The translations under genes were made by a program, and so were the position numbers. Source: an uncultured Candidatus Poseidoniales archaeon (GTDB lineage: Archaea; Thermoplasmatota; Poseidoniia; Poseidoniales; Thalassarchaeaceae). From it: a stretch of 64,000 nt of DNA. The stretch spans positions 3,635 through 67,634 of the forward strand of contig CAXEOD010000001.1 of NCBI GenBank assembly GCA_963997805.1. Reading direction: 5' to 3'. Positions 1-9,338 of the stretch are shown piece by piece. The notes below the pieces were generated by a model. The model did no database searches and had not been told where the DNA came from. It saw only the letters and a list, made by a program, of their open reading frames with translations. Each line of letters opens with the position of its first letter. Positions within the stretch are counted from its first letter, which is position 1.

Positions 1-312
1 ATTCCCTTCCCCACACATATGGTCGTGAAGATGAGATATCGTGGTGCCATGTCCCGCACCCAAGTATAGAACCTGACTACCCGGCCTTGGTAAAAGTGAA
101 ATGCGGCCCTCTTTAGTTCTGAGAATTCCTGCACCCAATTTAGAATGGCGCGGTGACCAACTACGCCATTCTGTCCCTCTGATTCTCCTTAATCCCTCGC
201 CTCGCACACGCACACCTGGGACAGCATTTCTAGTCCAAAGACCCCGTCCTTGAGTGAGTACATTTTCACTCAACTCGTCAGTTTTACCATGACTTCGGGC
301 CAACAAATCACC

Positions 313-1314
313 TCATCTACGTGTTGGTTTTGGATGGCGTTTGCGGATTTCCGCAACTTTTTGTTCTATATCAGCGACTTCTGATTCGCCCCATGGTTGC
401 CCGTTGTAAGCATCCAATCTAGCGGCAATAGAAACCTTTCCAGAAAGCATTCTAGCAATCTTCCCACGCACCCAGCGCGGTGACCTTGATACCCAAGGGT
501 GCTGGAATAAATGGCCGTGTTTTGGCACAGGAATACCATCTCTAAGGTGTAGAAAGAAACTTGTTTCCGCTCCAAGAACTTGCACTGTTCCAGATGGTAA
601 ACGAGCAAATCTCTCTCTTCCATGCGCTGTTGTTGACATTCTTGCTGCCAGTAATGGTCCAATTAATGCTGAAGTTGAAGGAAGATGCTCAAGAGCAACT
701 TCTCTAATTGCTGATTCAACCGTTTTCAAACGGTCTTCAACTTCAACAACCCCTCTAGCCCATTGAGACAGAGCAGCCCATTCAGCCTCACTAATTCCAG
801 TCGGACTAGATTCAGTGTGAAGGGCGACTGCTGCGCTTTCAAGTGTGTTTGCCTCAGCAATCGCAATAGGGATCCCATCACGTTGCCCATCCAAATCAAT
901 TTCTGGAAGAAAAAGGCCAGCCCATTCAATCACTCTTGCTTCCAATGTTGTCCATGTAGCTCGCATCTCATCGCCTGCGCCAACGAGATGCTCAAGACGG
1001 CGATCAGGATCACTTGATGCCGCCGCTACCCCTGCCTGAGCAATGACCAAAGTTGCTTTTTGAAGTAGTTCAGCCTCCTCATCTAAAAGTTGGGGCCACC
1101 AACCAGTTAACAATTCATGAACTGGTGTTTCAATAGCATCAGGAAAACGCTCAGCAAGTCGCCTAGCCTCGTCTGTTTTCCTGCCCTTACTCAGAAGTGA
1201 AACTCGGGATGCAACCATTGCAGGATTCCGGCCAACATTCCAAATTGACTCATCTACAATCTCTCCTGCATCGTCAAAGATGCGGGCAAGTCGCCAGTCC
1301 CAACTGAGGCGCAT
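313..1314 (-). CDS. nop5: C/D box snoRNP protein Nop5 (Nop56/58 family)
   Basis: 333-aa ORF with a NOP domain and C-terminal region conserved with Nop56/58 (…LIGPLLAARMSTTAHG…PSGTVQVLGAETSFFLHLRDG…PKHGHLF…); the fibrillarin partner is expected further downstream on the minus strand, off or at the window edge. Confidence 0.8.
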   Translation of the reverse strand: MRLSWDWRLARIFDDAGEIVDESIWNVGRNPAMVASRVSLLSKGRKTDEARRLAERFPDAIETPVHELLTGWWPQLLDEEAELLQKATLVIAQAGVAAASSDPDRRLEHLVGAGDEMRATWTTLEARVIEWAGLFLPEIDLDGQRDGIPIAIAEANTLESAAVALHTESSPTGISEAEWAALSQWARGVVEVEDRLKTVESAIREVALEHLPSTSALIGPLLAARMSTTAHGRERFARLPSGTVQVLGAETSFFLHLRDGIPVPKHGHLFQHPWVSRSPRWVRGKIARMLSGKVSIAARLDAYNGQPWGESEVADIEQKVAEIRKRHPKPTRR

Positions 1315-1481
1315 GGTTCGCCCAACAGGTCCCCCTTCAAAAGGAGAAGCCCCCTAATCAACAAGGTATTTTTCAAAAGGGTAATGGCCTTTGAAACATC
1401 AATATAGATTATAATTGTAATAGATGATAATACTCTCAAGCGTCTTGCTTAAAAGCGAGTGGGCATCCGCTACCTCTATCG

Positions 1482-1853
1482 GAGTGTGATATCATCTTCT
1501 GTCCTGAGTGTGGAACCTTAGCCTTCCCTGGCCCTGATGGAAATATCAAATGTCCAAATGGCCGGTGCAACTATGTTGGCCCGACCAAAGGTAAGGTGAA
1601 ATTGCATTCAGGTGAAGAAGTTGATACTTCAGATACTGTTACTTCCTCAAAGGTTACCGATTTGAAACACCTTAAAGAAGTGATAGTTGATTCAGAGCAG
1701 CACCAAGGAGTGCTTACTCATGAAATGTATGTTTGTCCAAAATGTGAGGAGATGGATGTCTTCGCTGAACTAAAACAAACCCGAGCCTCAGATGAGCCAG
1801 AAACTAGGATTCTCACCTGTAAGAGTTGTAGCCACGGATGGCGTGAATACTGA
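1482..1853 (+). CDS. tfs: Transcription factor S / RNA polymerase subunit M-like (TFS). The annotated ORF 1596-1853 lacks the N-terminal zinc ribbon, which is encoded in-frame upstream
   Basis: C-terminal TFIIS-type zinc ribbon (…RASDEPETRILTCKSCSHGWREY). In-frame translation upstream of the first GTG gives the N-terminal ribbon …IIFCPECGTLAFPGPDGNIKCPNGRCNYVG… The reading frame is open from 1431 with no ATG/GTG/TTG before 1596, so the start codon is uncertain. Confidence 0.7.
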   Translation, partial: ECDIIFCPECGTLAFPGPDGNIKCPNGRCNYVGPTKGKVKLHSGEEVDTSDTVTSSKVTDLKHLKEVIVDSEQHQGVLTHEMYVCPKCEEMDVFAELKQTRASDEPETRILTCKSCSHGWREY

Positions 1854-1946
1854 ACTCTCGGTACATCCTGTTTCTTCGGATAAATTGACATTTTTCAGAG
1901 ATTTTCACTTGTAAGTAGGCGATAACAAGGTGTTGAGTTAGTTACA

Positions 1947-3848
1947 ATGCAATACCGAGCCTTGAAAGAGGGGAGGCATGAGGCGAGAAAGATGATGCCA
2001 GCACCGAAGGGCGGTTCTTCCGCTAAATTTTCAGATGGAACATCTGAAGCCGGTGACAAACAAATCCTTGGCCGCCAATTATGGCGAATTGTCCCTTATG
2101 TCAAACCATATTGGCGAAGGACAAGCTTAGGTATATTTTCGAATGCAATAGCACGTTTTTTTGATTTACTTCCTTTTGTAGCAATGGGATTTCTTACCGA
2201 TGCAATTCTATCTAACGAAATCAGTGAGACAAGTGAGTTTGCGTTTTATGGTTTATTGATATTAGGATCATTTACCGGATTAGCAATTTCTCAAGGTGTC
2301 TCAAATTATTGCTGGGAAACTTTAGCACAATATTTGCAGCATGATGTCAGAATGGCGGCCTTTGATTCACTTATCAAAATGGAAATTCGCTATTTTGAGG
2401 ACCGGCAAACAGGGGATATCATGGCGGTACTTTCTGCTGATGTCAACCAATTGGAAAATTTTCTCTCCGATGCATCAACATCAATGATTAGAATTGTAAT
2501 AACATTCTCAACAGGCTTTGCGATTCTCGCTTGGATGTCTTGGAAATTAGCATTGATTTTATTTGTGCCAATATTATTCATCATGCCACTAATCTATTTC
2601 TTCTCCACACGCGTGCAAAAGAAATACAGAGAATCGCGCCAATCATTTGGTGACATTAATGCAGTCCTTTCAAACAATATCTCTGGTATGGGAGTAGTTC
2701 AGGCATATAATGCAGAATCATATGAAGCTGACCGTGTGGGTGGTGAATCTTCATCTTACAAAGACCATGCAATTGGTGCAACTGTTCAACGCACAAAATT
2801 CCTACCCGGGATTTACGTAATTGCTGGACTTGCCTTTGGGCTTCTCGCTACCGCTGGCGGTTACCTGATGCTTGAAGGTCCCTCGCAAGGAGGTATCACC
2901 CCAGGCCAGTTTGTCACATTCCTATTGATGAGTACTAGAATGTCAATGCCCTTGTTTATTCTAGGGATGCTTGTTAACCAGATTCAGAAGTCTGAAGCAA
3001 GCGCCCGCAGAGTATTCGCAATGATTGACCTTGAGCCGTCAATCATTGATAGAGACGGCGCAGAATCATTACCGAGCCCTGCGAACTCAATATCTTTTGA
3101 TGATGTTCACTTTGCCTATCCCAATGGAAACAATGTTTTGAATGGTGTTTCATTTGAATTGAACCGCAACCAAAGCGTAGGAATCGTAGGCCCAACTGGC
3201 GCTGGAAAATCAACGATTGTCAAGTTACTTCTTAGGTATTACGAAACCGATGCAGGGTCTATCTCAATGAATGGTTCGGATATTAATGAGTTAACTCTAG
3301 GTTCAATCCGTGACCAGATAGGATATGTTAGCCAAGATGTCTATCTTTTCCATGGGACAGTTCGTGAAAATATCGCTTATGCAGACCAATCTGCAAGTAG
3401 CGAATCCATTGAAGAATCTGCAATGCTGGCTGGCGCTAGTGAATTCATTGAAAAATTCCCTCAAGGGTACGAAACAATTGTCGGTGACAGAGGAGTAAAA
3501 CTCTCAGGGGGTCAGCGACAGCGAATCTCACTGGCCAGAGCAATTCTTCGCCATCCACCACTCCTCATTCTTGATGAAGCGACTAGTGCTGTTGATACTC
3601 GGACTGAAGAGATTATTCAACGAAATCTCAATCAATTCAAAGATGGTAGAATGACTGTTGCTGTGGCCCACCGCCTGTCAACAATTCGGGATGCTGACCA
3701 AATTCTAGTGTTGGTAGAAGGCGTGGTTGTTGAACGCGGGGGTCACGACGAACTTATCGCTCAGGATGGGGTTTATGCAGACCTGTGGGCAGTTCAAACA
3801 GGGGAACTTGACAAAACAACAGGTGAGGCTACCCGTCATGACGGCTGA
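1947..3848 (+). CDS. ABC transporter, fused permease/ATP-binding exporter (MsbA/MdlB-like)
   Basis: N-terminal 6-TM domain; Walker A GPTGAGKST; ABC signature LSGGQRQR; Walker B LLILDEATSAVD; H-loop AHRLST. Confidence 0.85.
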   Translation: MQYRALKEGRHEARKMMPAPKGGSSAKFSDGTSEAGDKQILGRQLWRIVPYVKPYWRRTSLGIFSNAIARFFDLLPFVAMGFLTDAILSNEISETSEFAFYGLLILGSFTGLAISQGVSNYCWETLAQYLQHDVRMAAFDSLIKMEIRYFEDRQTGDIMAVLSADVNQLENFLSDASTSMIRIVITFSTGFAILAWMSWKLALILFVPILFIMPLIYFFSTRVQKKYRESRQSFGDINAVLSNNISGMGVVQAYNAESYEADRVGGESSSYKDHAIGATVQRTKFLPGIYVIAGLAFGLLATAGGYLMLEGPSQGGITPGQFVTFLLMSTRMSMPLFILGMLVNQIQKSEASARRVFAMIDLEPSIIDRDGAESLPSPANSISFDDVHFAYPNGNNVLNGVSFELNRNQSVGIVGPTGAGKSTIVKLLLRYYETDAGSISMNGSDINELTLGSIRDQIGYVSQDVYLFHGTVRENIAYADQSASSESIEESAMLAGASEFIEKFPQGYETIVGDRGVKLSGGQRQRISLARAILRHPPLLILDEATSAVDTRTEEIIQRNLNQFKDGRMTVAVAHRLSTIRDADQILVLVEGVVVERGGHDELIAQDGVYADLWAVQTGELDKTTGEATRHDG

Positions 3849-4587
3849 AAGTAACGTTGAGTGGCTGACAGTTAAGCCGGGCTCAGTTTGGCTTGGTAGT
3901 GATGATGGACGCCTCTCTTTACATCCTATCAAATACCACCCTCGTCACGAGGTTCGCATTGATTACACATTTGAAATCTCTAAAGACGCTTATCCTCTCA
4001 ATGGCCTGCTCAAACTGAGTGGTATTGATAGAGAACAGTTTGAGCAAGATGGGTTAAGACCACCATCAGAAGGGGAATGGATGCTTGCTCACACCCAAGG
4101 ATTGGTTGAGCAGGATGATGCTTTGTGGGAACAACTCGCAGATGAACGCCCACGAACAGGGTATTGGGAACAGAGATGCGATGGGCACCCACGAGAAACA
4201 AATTACAAGGTAAAACTGAACCTAATGAAAAAGTGGGGAGAAGAGGGCCATGAAACTAGTTACTCAACTGAAATGCCTGAGGCTATGAAAGGAAAGGAAG
4301 TTACTCGACTTGTGCGCACTCCCCAAATATCAAACAACCCACCAAGATTGCCGATAGAGGATAAACGACCATTCTTCATCCGTGAAATTCTGTTTACTCT
4401 TTTTGTCGGAATTATTCCTTCGATTTTGTGGGCATACAACTTTGCTTCATCAGAATATCTAACAGGAAACTGGACCAACATCATTGGTGGGGGAATTTTC
4501 ATCAGCCTTGCCAGTGGATTTGTCTGGCGGCCAAAAACTGCATCTTATCGTGTTTCAAGTGATGGAAGTTCAATGGAAAAAATGTGA
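3838..4587 (+). CDS. Hypothetical membrane protein, translationally coupled to the ABC exporter
   Basis: ATG at 3838 overlaps the ABC stop (ATGACGGCTGA); acidic N-terminal domain followed by two C-terminal TM helices; the longer ORF 3727-4587 begins inside the ABC gene. Confidence 0.45.
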   Translation: MTAESNVEWLTVKPGSVWLGSDDGRLSLHPIKYHPRHEVRIDYTFEISKDAYPLNGLLKLSGIDREQFEQDGLRPPSEGEWMLAHTQGLVEQDDALWEQLADERPRTGYWEQRCDGHPRETNYKVKLNLMKKWGEEGHETSYSTEMPEAMKGKEVTRLVRTPQISNNPPRLPIEDKRPFFIREILFTLFVGIIPSILWAYNFASSEYLTGNWTNIIGGGIFISLASGFVWRPKTASYRVSSDGSSMEKM

Positions 4588-4588
4588 T

Positions 4589-5728
4589 TCAAGAGCGGTC
4601 CTTGTCATCAACTTGCAGTCCAGGTTTCTTTGAAACATATATCCTCCACCACGCCTTGAGCACACCTGTACCATACGACCAGTGAAGCAGGAATGTCATC
4701 AGTGGAGCAACTAGAACGGTTGCAAAAGTTCGGCTTGGCGAGTTACCTTTGGCTGCTCCTGCCCAACAAAGGAGCACATAGAGAGCGCCTAAACTAACAG
4801 GTAGGTGAACCGCAGTTCGTGGGCATCCAAAAGGCACAACCGATGGAGAAATATTCCAGAATTCTGGCCACGCTAGGCCACCACTCATGGCACCACAAAT
4901 GAAGGCCCCAATACCGAATAGTGCGAGGATGGGAAAGAATCCAACCGCTGTATGCGACCATGCTTTCATTCCAGGGTGGACTTCACTTGCGAGAATTCTA
5001 ACTAGACCATAATTCTGAATTTGCTTTCGGACGCGGGCTGGATTACGGCGCCTATGCCACATGATGGCAGAGCCATCTGTCCACAATTTGTAGCCAGCTT
5101 GCTCAATACGGTGATCTAACATCGCATCTTCACATCCGATTGCCCCATCATCAAATCCGCCTACGGCGTCCAAAACCGACTTGCGATAAGCGGCATTGAC
5201 GCCAGGAAGTTGCTCGGCTCGCTCCAAGTCAGCTGTGCCTCGCTTGCCATAATTGGTACCAGCAGTCACCCATTTTGAACAAAATGTGACATCAATAACT
5301 CGCTGCCAAAATGTTGAGCGATTATCAGCAGGAGCAAAGTTTGGCCCACCAACTCCATCAACTTCTTCACGCTCAAACCAGCGTACTAACTTCTCAACCC
5401 AATCGGATTCAACCCAAACATCGTCATCAGTGAACATCACAATATCGCAATCAACAGCAGCCAATGCAACATTGCACGCGTCCGCACGCGTGCGTGAACC
5501 TGCATCATCAATGAAGCGAGCACCATGTGACTCAGCAACTGCTTGACCGGGGTCGCCATTTGGACCAACAACAACCACCTCAAAAGTTACGCCAGAACTT
5601 TTCGACTCATCACTTGGCCAAGTTTGATTTCCCAATCCATCAAGTGCGATACTCAACTCCTGAGCATTTCGTAAACTAGGGATTATCACGCATACACGCA
5701 ACTCACCCCCCTCACTGGCCATGCCCAT
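4589..5728 (-). CDS. Family 2 glycosyltransferase with C-terminal membrane domain
   Basis: GT-A fold motifs (VVVVGPNGD…, DXD in MFTDDDVWVE, NAAYRKSVLDAVGGFDD) and 4-5 C-terminal TM helices. Confidence 0.75.
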   Translation of the reverse strand: MGMASEGGELRVCVIIPSLRNAQELSIALDGLGNQTWPSDESKSSGVTFEVVVVGPNGDPGQAVAESHGARFIDDAGSRTRADACNVALAAVDCDIVMFTDDDVWVESDWVEKLVRWFEREEVDGVGGPNFAPADNRSTFWQRVIDVTFCSKWVTAGTNYGKRGTADLERAEQLPGVNAAYRKSVLDAVGGFDDGAIGCEDAMLDHRIEQAGYKLWTDGSAIMWHRRRNPARVRKQIQNYGLVRILASEVHPGMKAWSHTAVGFFPILALFGIGAFICGAMSGGLAWPEFWNISPSVVPFGCPRTAVHLPVSLGALYVLLCWAGAAKGNSPSRTFATVLVAPLMTFLLHWSYGTGVLKAWWRIYVSKKPGLQVDDKDRS

Positions 5729-5783
5729 CCGACCGACACCCCCATTTCAAGGCTAATGTGCCAAAGTACCACTCAACGAGAGA

Positions 5784-8201
5784 TTGATATGGGAAGTATT
5801 AGTGGCCAAGAGTATGAAATTGACCCAAATCATACTATTTCTAATGCTGCCACTTGCCGCGCTAAGCCCGCTGCTGCAACCAATTGATGTTGAACTTGAA
5901 AATGAAAAATCAGTAAACTCAGCAGAAAAAAGTTCTCATTTAGTTGTTGTAAATCCATCAGTTCATTGGACATTTACTGCTGGGGATTTTGCCATCTTTA
6001 ATGGCTCAGTCATTAGTGAACAAATGCGTTCAGAAATGGAAAATTCCAGTGAATTTGACCGGGCTGAAGTGAATTGGAACACAAATTTCCGGGTTGATTT
6101 ACTGGGTGATGCCTACTGTTCATTCCCGGCCTACTCTGGCCAATGTCATCGACAATTAATGTCATATCAAATGAATGTAACTGCATACAATGACACTGAT
6201 AATTTCATGATGATGATAAATATGTCACTCGGTCTCACTACCTTAATTCCAACTACCTATACTGGCTGGGAGAAAGGCGATGATAGTGTTCATTCTCGGA
6301 TGTGGGCGAAGGAACAGAGCGGGAATGAAGACATGTACCGTTCAACAAGTTGGGAAAATACTACATCTGAAACATACATTACTGGCTACAAAGAAAACAT
6401 TACTGTAGGGGATCAGTGGTCTGAAAATGAAAAGGAATGGAGCAATTGGACTTCAGAGTCAAATGATGAATATAACGCTGGAGGCGGTATTTGGTCCTCT
6501 TCCATCTCAAATGATGCTGGTAGTGATTTTGAGGAGGAAAATGATATCATGAATGCTAAAAGAGAAGTTACTATTCAGAGCCCCGGCTATAATTTAGCGG
6601 ATAGCAGTGGAAGTGGTCCAACCTCAATTACCGGTATAGAGGTTGAATATTGGAATGATGCGGGTGAACTCGAAGAAACCGCGGTACTTGGTGAATGGGG
6701 GTATCCCACCGAAATGATGGGTGGCGAAATAATCTCTTGGAAATATATGAATGGTGTATGGGTTGATGCAGATAATGATGGAGTTCATGATTCAATAGAC
6801 CTCTGCCCTAACACACCTGTGGGATATACCGGATTAGACTCTGAAGGATGCTCTTGGGAACAAAGAGATGAAGACTCTGACGGGGTTTTCAACCCTGACG
6901 ATAATTGCGCTGATACCGACGTCCTAACGATGACTGAGCTTGATGCGAACGGTTGTGCTTGGGAACAGAGAGATGATGACGGGGATTCAGTCCTCAATCC
7001 TGATGACCATTGTCCAGCAACACCTGCTAACGAGACCGCTGATACAGAACCACCATGGCAAGGATGCTCTGCAAGTCAGAAAGATACTGACAATGACGGG
7101 GTGCCGGATGACGTGGACCAATGTCAAGGATTCAATGATAGCATTGATGTAGACTTAGATGGAATCCCAGATGGCTGTGATTCTCTGATTGATAATGATG
7201 GGGATGGAGTCAACAATTCTGCTGACCTCTGCCCAGGCTTTGATGATGCTATTGATGTAGACCAAGATGGAGTTCCTGATGGTTGTGATGACATTGTTGA
7301 TAGCGACTTTGATGGAGTTGCTGATGCCGATGATGAATGCATGGGTTATGATGATACAATTGATGTTGATGCAGATGGAATCGTTGATGGATGTGACCCC
7401 ATTATCGATTCAGATGGCGATGGTGTTGCCGATTTATTCGAAGTGTGCCCTGGTCATGATGACAATATTGATGTTGATTCAGATGGAAAACCAGACGGTT
7501 GTGATGATATCATTGATTCAGATAATGACGGAGTTTCCGACTCTAATGATACCTGTGCAGGGCATGATGACAGCGTTGATGTAGACGGAGATGGAATTGC
7601 TGACGGATGTGATACTATCATTGATTCTGATGCTGATGAAGTAGCAGATGTTGATGACAAATGCCCTGGATTTGATGACAATATTGACATTGATAATGAC
7701 CAAACTCCGGACGGCTGTGATACCCTTCTTGATAATGATGCAGACGGGATTGCAAATGAAAACGATGATTGTGTAGATACAGCCCCAGGAACTGAAATTG
7801 ACAGTACTGGATGTGAAAAACCTGCAGCAGGATTAGCAGGCGGAATGGTCACTTCACCAATGATGATAGGTGGAATCCTTGGTGTTGTAGGTGTTGTTGT
7901 CTTAGTAGCCGCTATTATAATCATGCGTCGAGGAAAAGATGACGACGATAATGACGGGCACGAATCACTATTTGAAGAACCTCGGAGTAGTTTACAATTT
8001 GCTGGAGCAGGAATGCCAACTAGAGGTGCCAGCGTAGGTCACCCTACCTCAGGTGCACCTGCAATGGCGTCAACTCCACACCCATCACAAGTTGGAAAAA
8101 TGCAGACAGATGGATACGAGTATCTCGAACATCCTCCAAACTCCGAGACTTGGTGGTTTAGGGACCAGAACACCAACCATTGGATGAAATACCAAGGTTG
8201 A
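5784..8201 (+). CDS. Surface protein with more than 10 thrombospondin type-3-like Ca-binding repeats, C-terminal TM anchor, type I membrane topology
   Basis: Signal-like N-terminus (true start probably MKLTQIILFLMLPLAALS at about 5814); tandem DxDxDGxxDxCDxxxDxDxDG repeats from about 6780 to 7800; TM helix GGILGVVGVVVLVAAIIIM followed by a charged tail. Confidence 0.7.
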   Translation: MIWEVLVAKSMKLTQIILFLMLPLAALSPLLQPIDVELENEKSVNSAEKSSHLVVVNPSVHWTFTAGDFAIFNGSVISEQMRSEMENSSEFDRAEVNWNTNFRVDLLGDAYCSFPAYSGQCHRQLMSYQMNVTAYNDTDNFMMMINMSLGLTTLIPTTYTGWEKGDDSVHSRMWAKEQSGNEDMYRSTSWENTTSETYITGYKENITVGDQWSENEKEWSNWTSESNDEYNAGGGIWSSSISNDAGSDFEEENDIMNAKREVTIQSPGYNLADSSGSGPTSITGIEVEYWNDAGELEETAVLGEWGYPTEMMGGEIISWKYMNGVWVDADNDGVHDSIDLCPNTPVGYTGLDSEGCSWEQRDEDSDGVFNPDDNCADTDVLTMTELDANGCAWEQRDDDGDSVLNPDDHCPATPANETADTEPPWQGCSASQKDTDNDGVPDDVDQCQGFNDSIDVDLDGIPDGCDSLIDNDGDGVNNSADLCPGFDDAIDVDQDGVPDGCDDIVDSDFDGVADADDECMGYDDTIDVDADGIVDGCDPIIDSDGDGVADLFEVCPGHDDNIDVDSDGKPDGCDDIIDSDNDGVSDSNDTCAGHDDSVDVDGDGIADGCDTIIDSDADEVADVDDKCPGFDDNIDIDNDQTPDGCDTLLDNDADGIANENDDCVDTAPGTEIDSTGCEKPAAGLAGGMVTSPMMIGGILGVVGVVVLVAAIIIMRRGKDDDDNDGHESLFEEPRSSLQFAGAGMPTRGASVGHPTSGAPAMASTPHPSQVGKMQTDGYEYLEHPPNSETWWFRDQNTNHWMKYQG
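7090..7800 (+). repeat. In-frame tandem coding repeats of about 60-70 bp (TSP3-like calcium-binding units) within the surface-protein gene
   Basis: Periodic …gatgtagac…gatgga…ccagatggctgtgat… units, which correspond to the DVDxDGxPDGCD peptide repeats. Confidence 0.7.
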
Positions 8202-8288
8202 GATATCAAACTAAAATCACATAATTTGACCCCCTAGGGGTCAGAACCCTTTGCGCAAAGTTTTGAAGGGGGCCCCATCTCTCAGCAA

Positions 8289-9233
8289 TTGGTCAATATG
8301 GCTTCAGGAACAGGAATTAGGTTAAACGGCGCGCTAAGCATCCTTTTGGTATTACTACTGGTTTTAGGTGGCATGGCATCAATGTCATCCCTTGAGATGA
8401 ATGATACAGCCGCTGCAGGTGATAGTGGTAATGACGCTGTGGACAGCGACGCAAAGAAGACTGATTCAACTCTAGACAAAAGTGAATCTGCTTGGTTAGA
8501 GCGATGTAAAGAAATGAAGAACGTTGTACTTGATCGAGGTGACTGGGATCTGAATTCAGACACTCCACTTAGAGACCGTGGTGCTGCTACAGGAAGGCAA
8601 GCAGATAATAATGTAAATAACAATTCAACTGACAACAATACAGATGTTGTTGTTGACTGGCATTTACCGGACAACATTGTAGTGTCCAGAACTGCATCTG
8701 GTGAATATCTAATTCGAATTGTTGATGCAGATGGCAACATAACAGAGGAAGTCGTTACCGAAGAAGAATTCGCGGCATTCCTAAGAAACCACGGTTGGGC
8801 CACAACTGATGAGGTTGAACAAAACCAAACTGACCGAGCTGAGCACGACCGGGTTAGAGAAGAAATGGCGGCGTTGAATCTTGAAATTCTTGATGATGGA
8901 ACAATCATCATTACTCGTACCCACGGTGACTGGGTTGAGTACGAAATTATTCGAACTAGTGAGGATGGCTCAACTACTGTGATTCGAGTTAACCCACGGG
9001 GCACCGAAGTAATACACCCACAACCTGCTCGAGAAAAACACCACAGAGAAAATATGGGCGACCGTGACAGAGGTGAGGATGGATTTTCCCCTCTCTTTTC
9101 ATTCGCTGGCGAAATGGATGAAGGTGTTATGGAACGATGCCGAGAACTCATGCAGAGCGACAAGCGAACAATAGATGTTGATGTTTTGCGAATTGACCAC
9201 CCACTTGCAGAGCGAGATGGACAACGTAATTAG
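8289..9233 (+). CDS. Secreted or membrane-anchored acidic protein of unknown function
   Basis: N-terminal hydrophobic signal/anchor (ALSILLVLLLVLGGMASMSS); highly acidic composition typical of this genome; followed by a hairpin plus T-tract terminator; the antisense 293-aa ORF is Ser/Arg-rich and looks like an artefact. Confidence 0.5.
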   Translation: MVNMASGTGIRLNGALSILLVLLLVLGGMASMSSLEMNDTAAAGDSGNDAVDSDAKKTDSTLDKSESAWLERCKEMKNVVLDRGDWDLNSDTPLRDRGAATGRQADNNVNNNSTDNNTDVVVDWHLPDNIVVSRTASGEYLIRIVDADGNITEEVVTEEEFAAFLRNHGWATTDEVEQNQTDRAEHDRVREEMAALNLEILDDGTIIITRTHGDWVEYEIIRTSEDGSTTVIRVNPRGTEVIHPQPAREKHHRENMGDRDRGEDGFSPLFSFAGEMDEGVMERCRELMQSDKRTIDVDVLRIDHPLAERDGQRN

Positions 9234-9271
9234 AGTGATTTTAGAGTTGTAATTGGGTTAATTTGGATACC

Positions 9272-9292
9272 CTTCGCATAGCGAAGCCTTTT
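9272..9292 (+). terminator. Hairpin (CTTCGC-ATA-GCGAAG) followed by CCTTTTG; putative terminator of the 8289-9233 gene
   Basis: Perfect 6-bp inverted repeat with a 3-nt loop and a downstream T-tract, between convergent or independent genes. Confidence 0.45.
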
Positions 9293-9338
9293 GAGCCCTC
9301 CTTGAAGACACGATACATCGCAGGGGCGTGGGACCGAC

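Noticed and set aside
1-312. Expected fibrillarin gene start downstream of nop5 on the minus strand
   Set aside because: No clear ORF with a fibrillarin-like N-terminus could be read within the last 312 nt on the minus strand. The gene may begin beyond the window edge, or the region may be non-coding.
3727-3837. Upstream extension of the 3727-4587 ORF overlapping the ABC transporter
   Set aside because: The ATG at 3838 overlapping the ABC stop (ATGA-type coupling) is a more plausible start; the extension lies inside the ATPase domain coding region.
7090-7800. Periodic roughly 60-70-bp DNA repeats that could be mistaken for a CRISPR array or satellite
   Set aside because: The repeats are in-frame and encode the DxDxDG calcium-binding units; there are no unique spacers and no cas genes.
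7124-7924. Met-rich (7267-7584 +) and Ser/Pro-rich (7454-7924 -, 7124-7342 -) ORFs inside the TSP3 repeat region
   Set aside because: These are alternative-frame and antisense readings of the GAT/GAC-rich tandem coding repeats, so they are frame artefacts of a repetitive gene.
8282-9163. 293-aa minus-strand ORF almost fully overlapping the 8289-9233 plus-strand gene
   Set aside because: The minus ORF is Ser/Arg/Thr-rich low complexity, which is the expected antisense shadow of a GA-rich acidic gene. The plus ORF has a signal peptide, genome-typical acidic composition and a downstream terminator hairpin.
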